IMG/VR virus record: IMGVR_UViG_2671180417_000012
Location: 1 to 6,996 of that record
DNA from: a virus
Taxonomy: Duplodnaviria > Heunggongvirae > Uroviricota > Caudoviricetes
DNA length: 6,996 bases
Strand: one strand, 5' to 3'
Below the pieces are notes generated by a model. That model was not told where the DNA came from and did no database searches. It saw only the letters and a program-made list of their open reading frames with translations. A program made the translations under genes and the position numbers. Positions 6,171-6,996 of this stretch are shown here, one piece after another (position 1 is the stretch's first letter; each line of letters opens with the position of its first letter).

Positions 6171-6371
6171 TTACTTCAGAAAGTCTCTGGTGAGTGCACC
6201 GAAGATATTGTCAACGATTTCGTCATCGAACTGCGAGGACTCATCTTCAGTTACAAGGTGACCACAATTTTTGCAGATGGCTCCCGCGAAACTGTCAGAG
6301 CCCTGCGGCTTAAAGGATGTGTCAAAGACTTCGCCACCACATTCTGGGCAAGAAAACTTGATTGTATTCAT
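6171..6371 (-). CDS. zinc-ribbon mini-protein (66 aa, CPxCG...CxxCG)
   Basis: ATG at 6371-6369 with SD GAGAGG/GAGGAA 8 nt upstream. Two CxxCG knuckles (CPECGG, CKNCGH) 17 residues apart, and an acidic C-terminal tail. Codon usage looks more E. coli-like than that of the overlapping plus-strand ORF 6036..6392, which uses AGA three times. Confidence 0.6.
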   Translation of the reverse strand: MNTIKFSCPECGGEVFDTSFKPQGSDSFAGAICKNCGHLVTEDESSQFDDEIVDNIFGALTRDFLK

Positions 6372-6463
6372 AACCAATTTCCTCTCGAGTAACAGACCCC
6401 TCAGAGGATACCACCTCGCCTGACGTGGTTAAAAGCAGGCAACGCTAACCACAAGGAGCCGAC

Positions 6464-6682
6464 ATGCAGAAACGAGAACCCGTCATCATCGCGCCAGACT
6501 ATACCGATGATGAACTTTATGAGTGGATGCACCAGAAAATTAATGCAGCGCAGGATCTGAAATGGGCCAATGAAGCCAGGGCTAAGCAGGCTGAAAATCT
6601 GTCCGCTCTGGAGCAGGATATCACCAATCTGGAAAAAGCAGCGGCATTAAGCATTGCCAGAATGATTACATACCCGCGTTAG
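6464..6682 (+). CDS. hypothetical small protein (72 aa)
   Basis: ATG at 6464 preceded by AAGGAG (6453-6458) with 5-nt spacing. Charged, helix-prone sequence. On the same strand as the presumed PL-like transcription. Confidence 0.6.
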   Translation: MQKREPVIIAPDYTDDELYEWMHQKINAAQDLKWANEARAKQAENLSALEQDITNLEKAAALSIARMITYPR

Positions 6683-6699
6683 TAGCTAATCAACAAAGC

Positions 6700-6996
6700 T
6701 AAGGTTAGTAATTAAGGAGTTCTCCACGGGTGAGGTGGAGTGCGTGCGCCGGACACGGGTGAGCATCCGGCACTGACAGTTTACTGAAAGGATATTTCCC
6801 TGAAAAGTCAGACCATAACGCGAAAGCGCACGGCGAGGTAGCTGGTTCATAGATAGCCTGTCGTTAAATTTTCGTCGACCGTGCGCTTCCGGTTGTGGCA
6901 ACCCGCGAAATGGCGCGGCGGTAAGTATGGCGGGGTTATTCCTTCCCCCGTTGAGGACACCGGGTTGTCAGGTTGACCATACGCTTAAGTGACAAC
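6700..6996 (+). other. GC-rich, hairpin-dense non-coding region (candidate structured RNA), continuing past the window end
   Basis: No plausible ORF on either strand. Adjacent hairpins CTCCAC-GGGTGAG-GTGGAG (6722-6740) and GCCGGA-CACGGGTGAGCA-TCCGGC (6748-6771) both display the decamer CACGGGTGAG. Further stems: GCGCACGG (6826-6833) with CCGTGCGC (6880-6887), CCGCG-AAATGG-CGCGG (6903-6918), GTATGG (6925-6930) with CCATAC (6977-6982). Confidence 0.3.

Noticed and set aside
6036-6392. 118-aa plus-strand ORF as a CDS
   Set aside because: Not annotated as a feature because it fully overlaps the zinc-ribbon gene, whose CxxCG...CxxCG signature is unlikely to arise by chance, and because it uses rare Arg codons. 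It is kept as a finding because it has an SD-like GAGGG and the expected orientation, so the call is not certain.
6686-6901. Minus-strand 71-aa ORF
   Set aside because: Arg-rich, low-complexity translation with no SD, lying in a hairpin-dense GC-rich region. Judged non-coding.
1-6996. CRISPR array, integrase or transposase, att sites, rRNA
   Set aside because: No spaced direct-repeat array, no recombinase-like ORF and no terminal inverted repeats are visible. The window appears to be internal to the prophage.

Overview
This window reads as the early/immunity-replication region of a Rac-like lambdoid prophage from an enterobacterium, most likely Escherichia. A long minus-strand operon (4779 down to 70) encodes a Cro-like HTH protein (YdaS-like), a YdaT-like protein, a lambda-O-like replication initiator with origin iterons inside its coding sequence, a DnaC-like helicase loader, two winged-helix-like proteins and four small proteins. 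Diverging from it on the plus strand is a three-gene module: an HTH regulator that looks leaderless, a 63-aa antitoxin and a ParE-family toxin (paaR2-paaA2-parE2-like). It sits where cI-rexAB sits in lambda. The intergenic region between the two operons carries three direct repeats of GTTTAGTG(T/A)TT overlapping divergent promoters, and a further copy lies next to a second TTGACT promoter-like element after the toxin gene. Right of that the sequence is less well explained: about 300 bp with no convincing ORF, a zinc-ribbon mini-protein gene fully embedded antisense in a 118-codon ORF, a 72-aa ORF, and a GC-rich hairpin-dense non-coding stretch running off the window end. I found no tRNA, rRNA, CRISPR array, integrase or transposase. 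All functional calls rest on motif recognition and gene order from memory; no database search was run.
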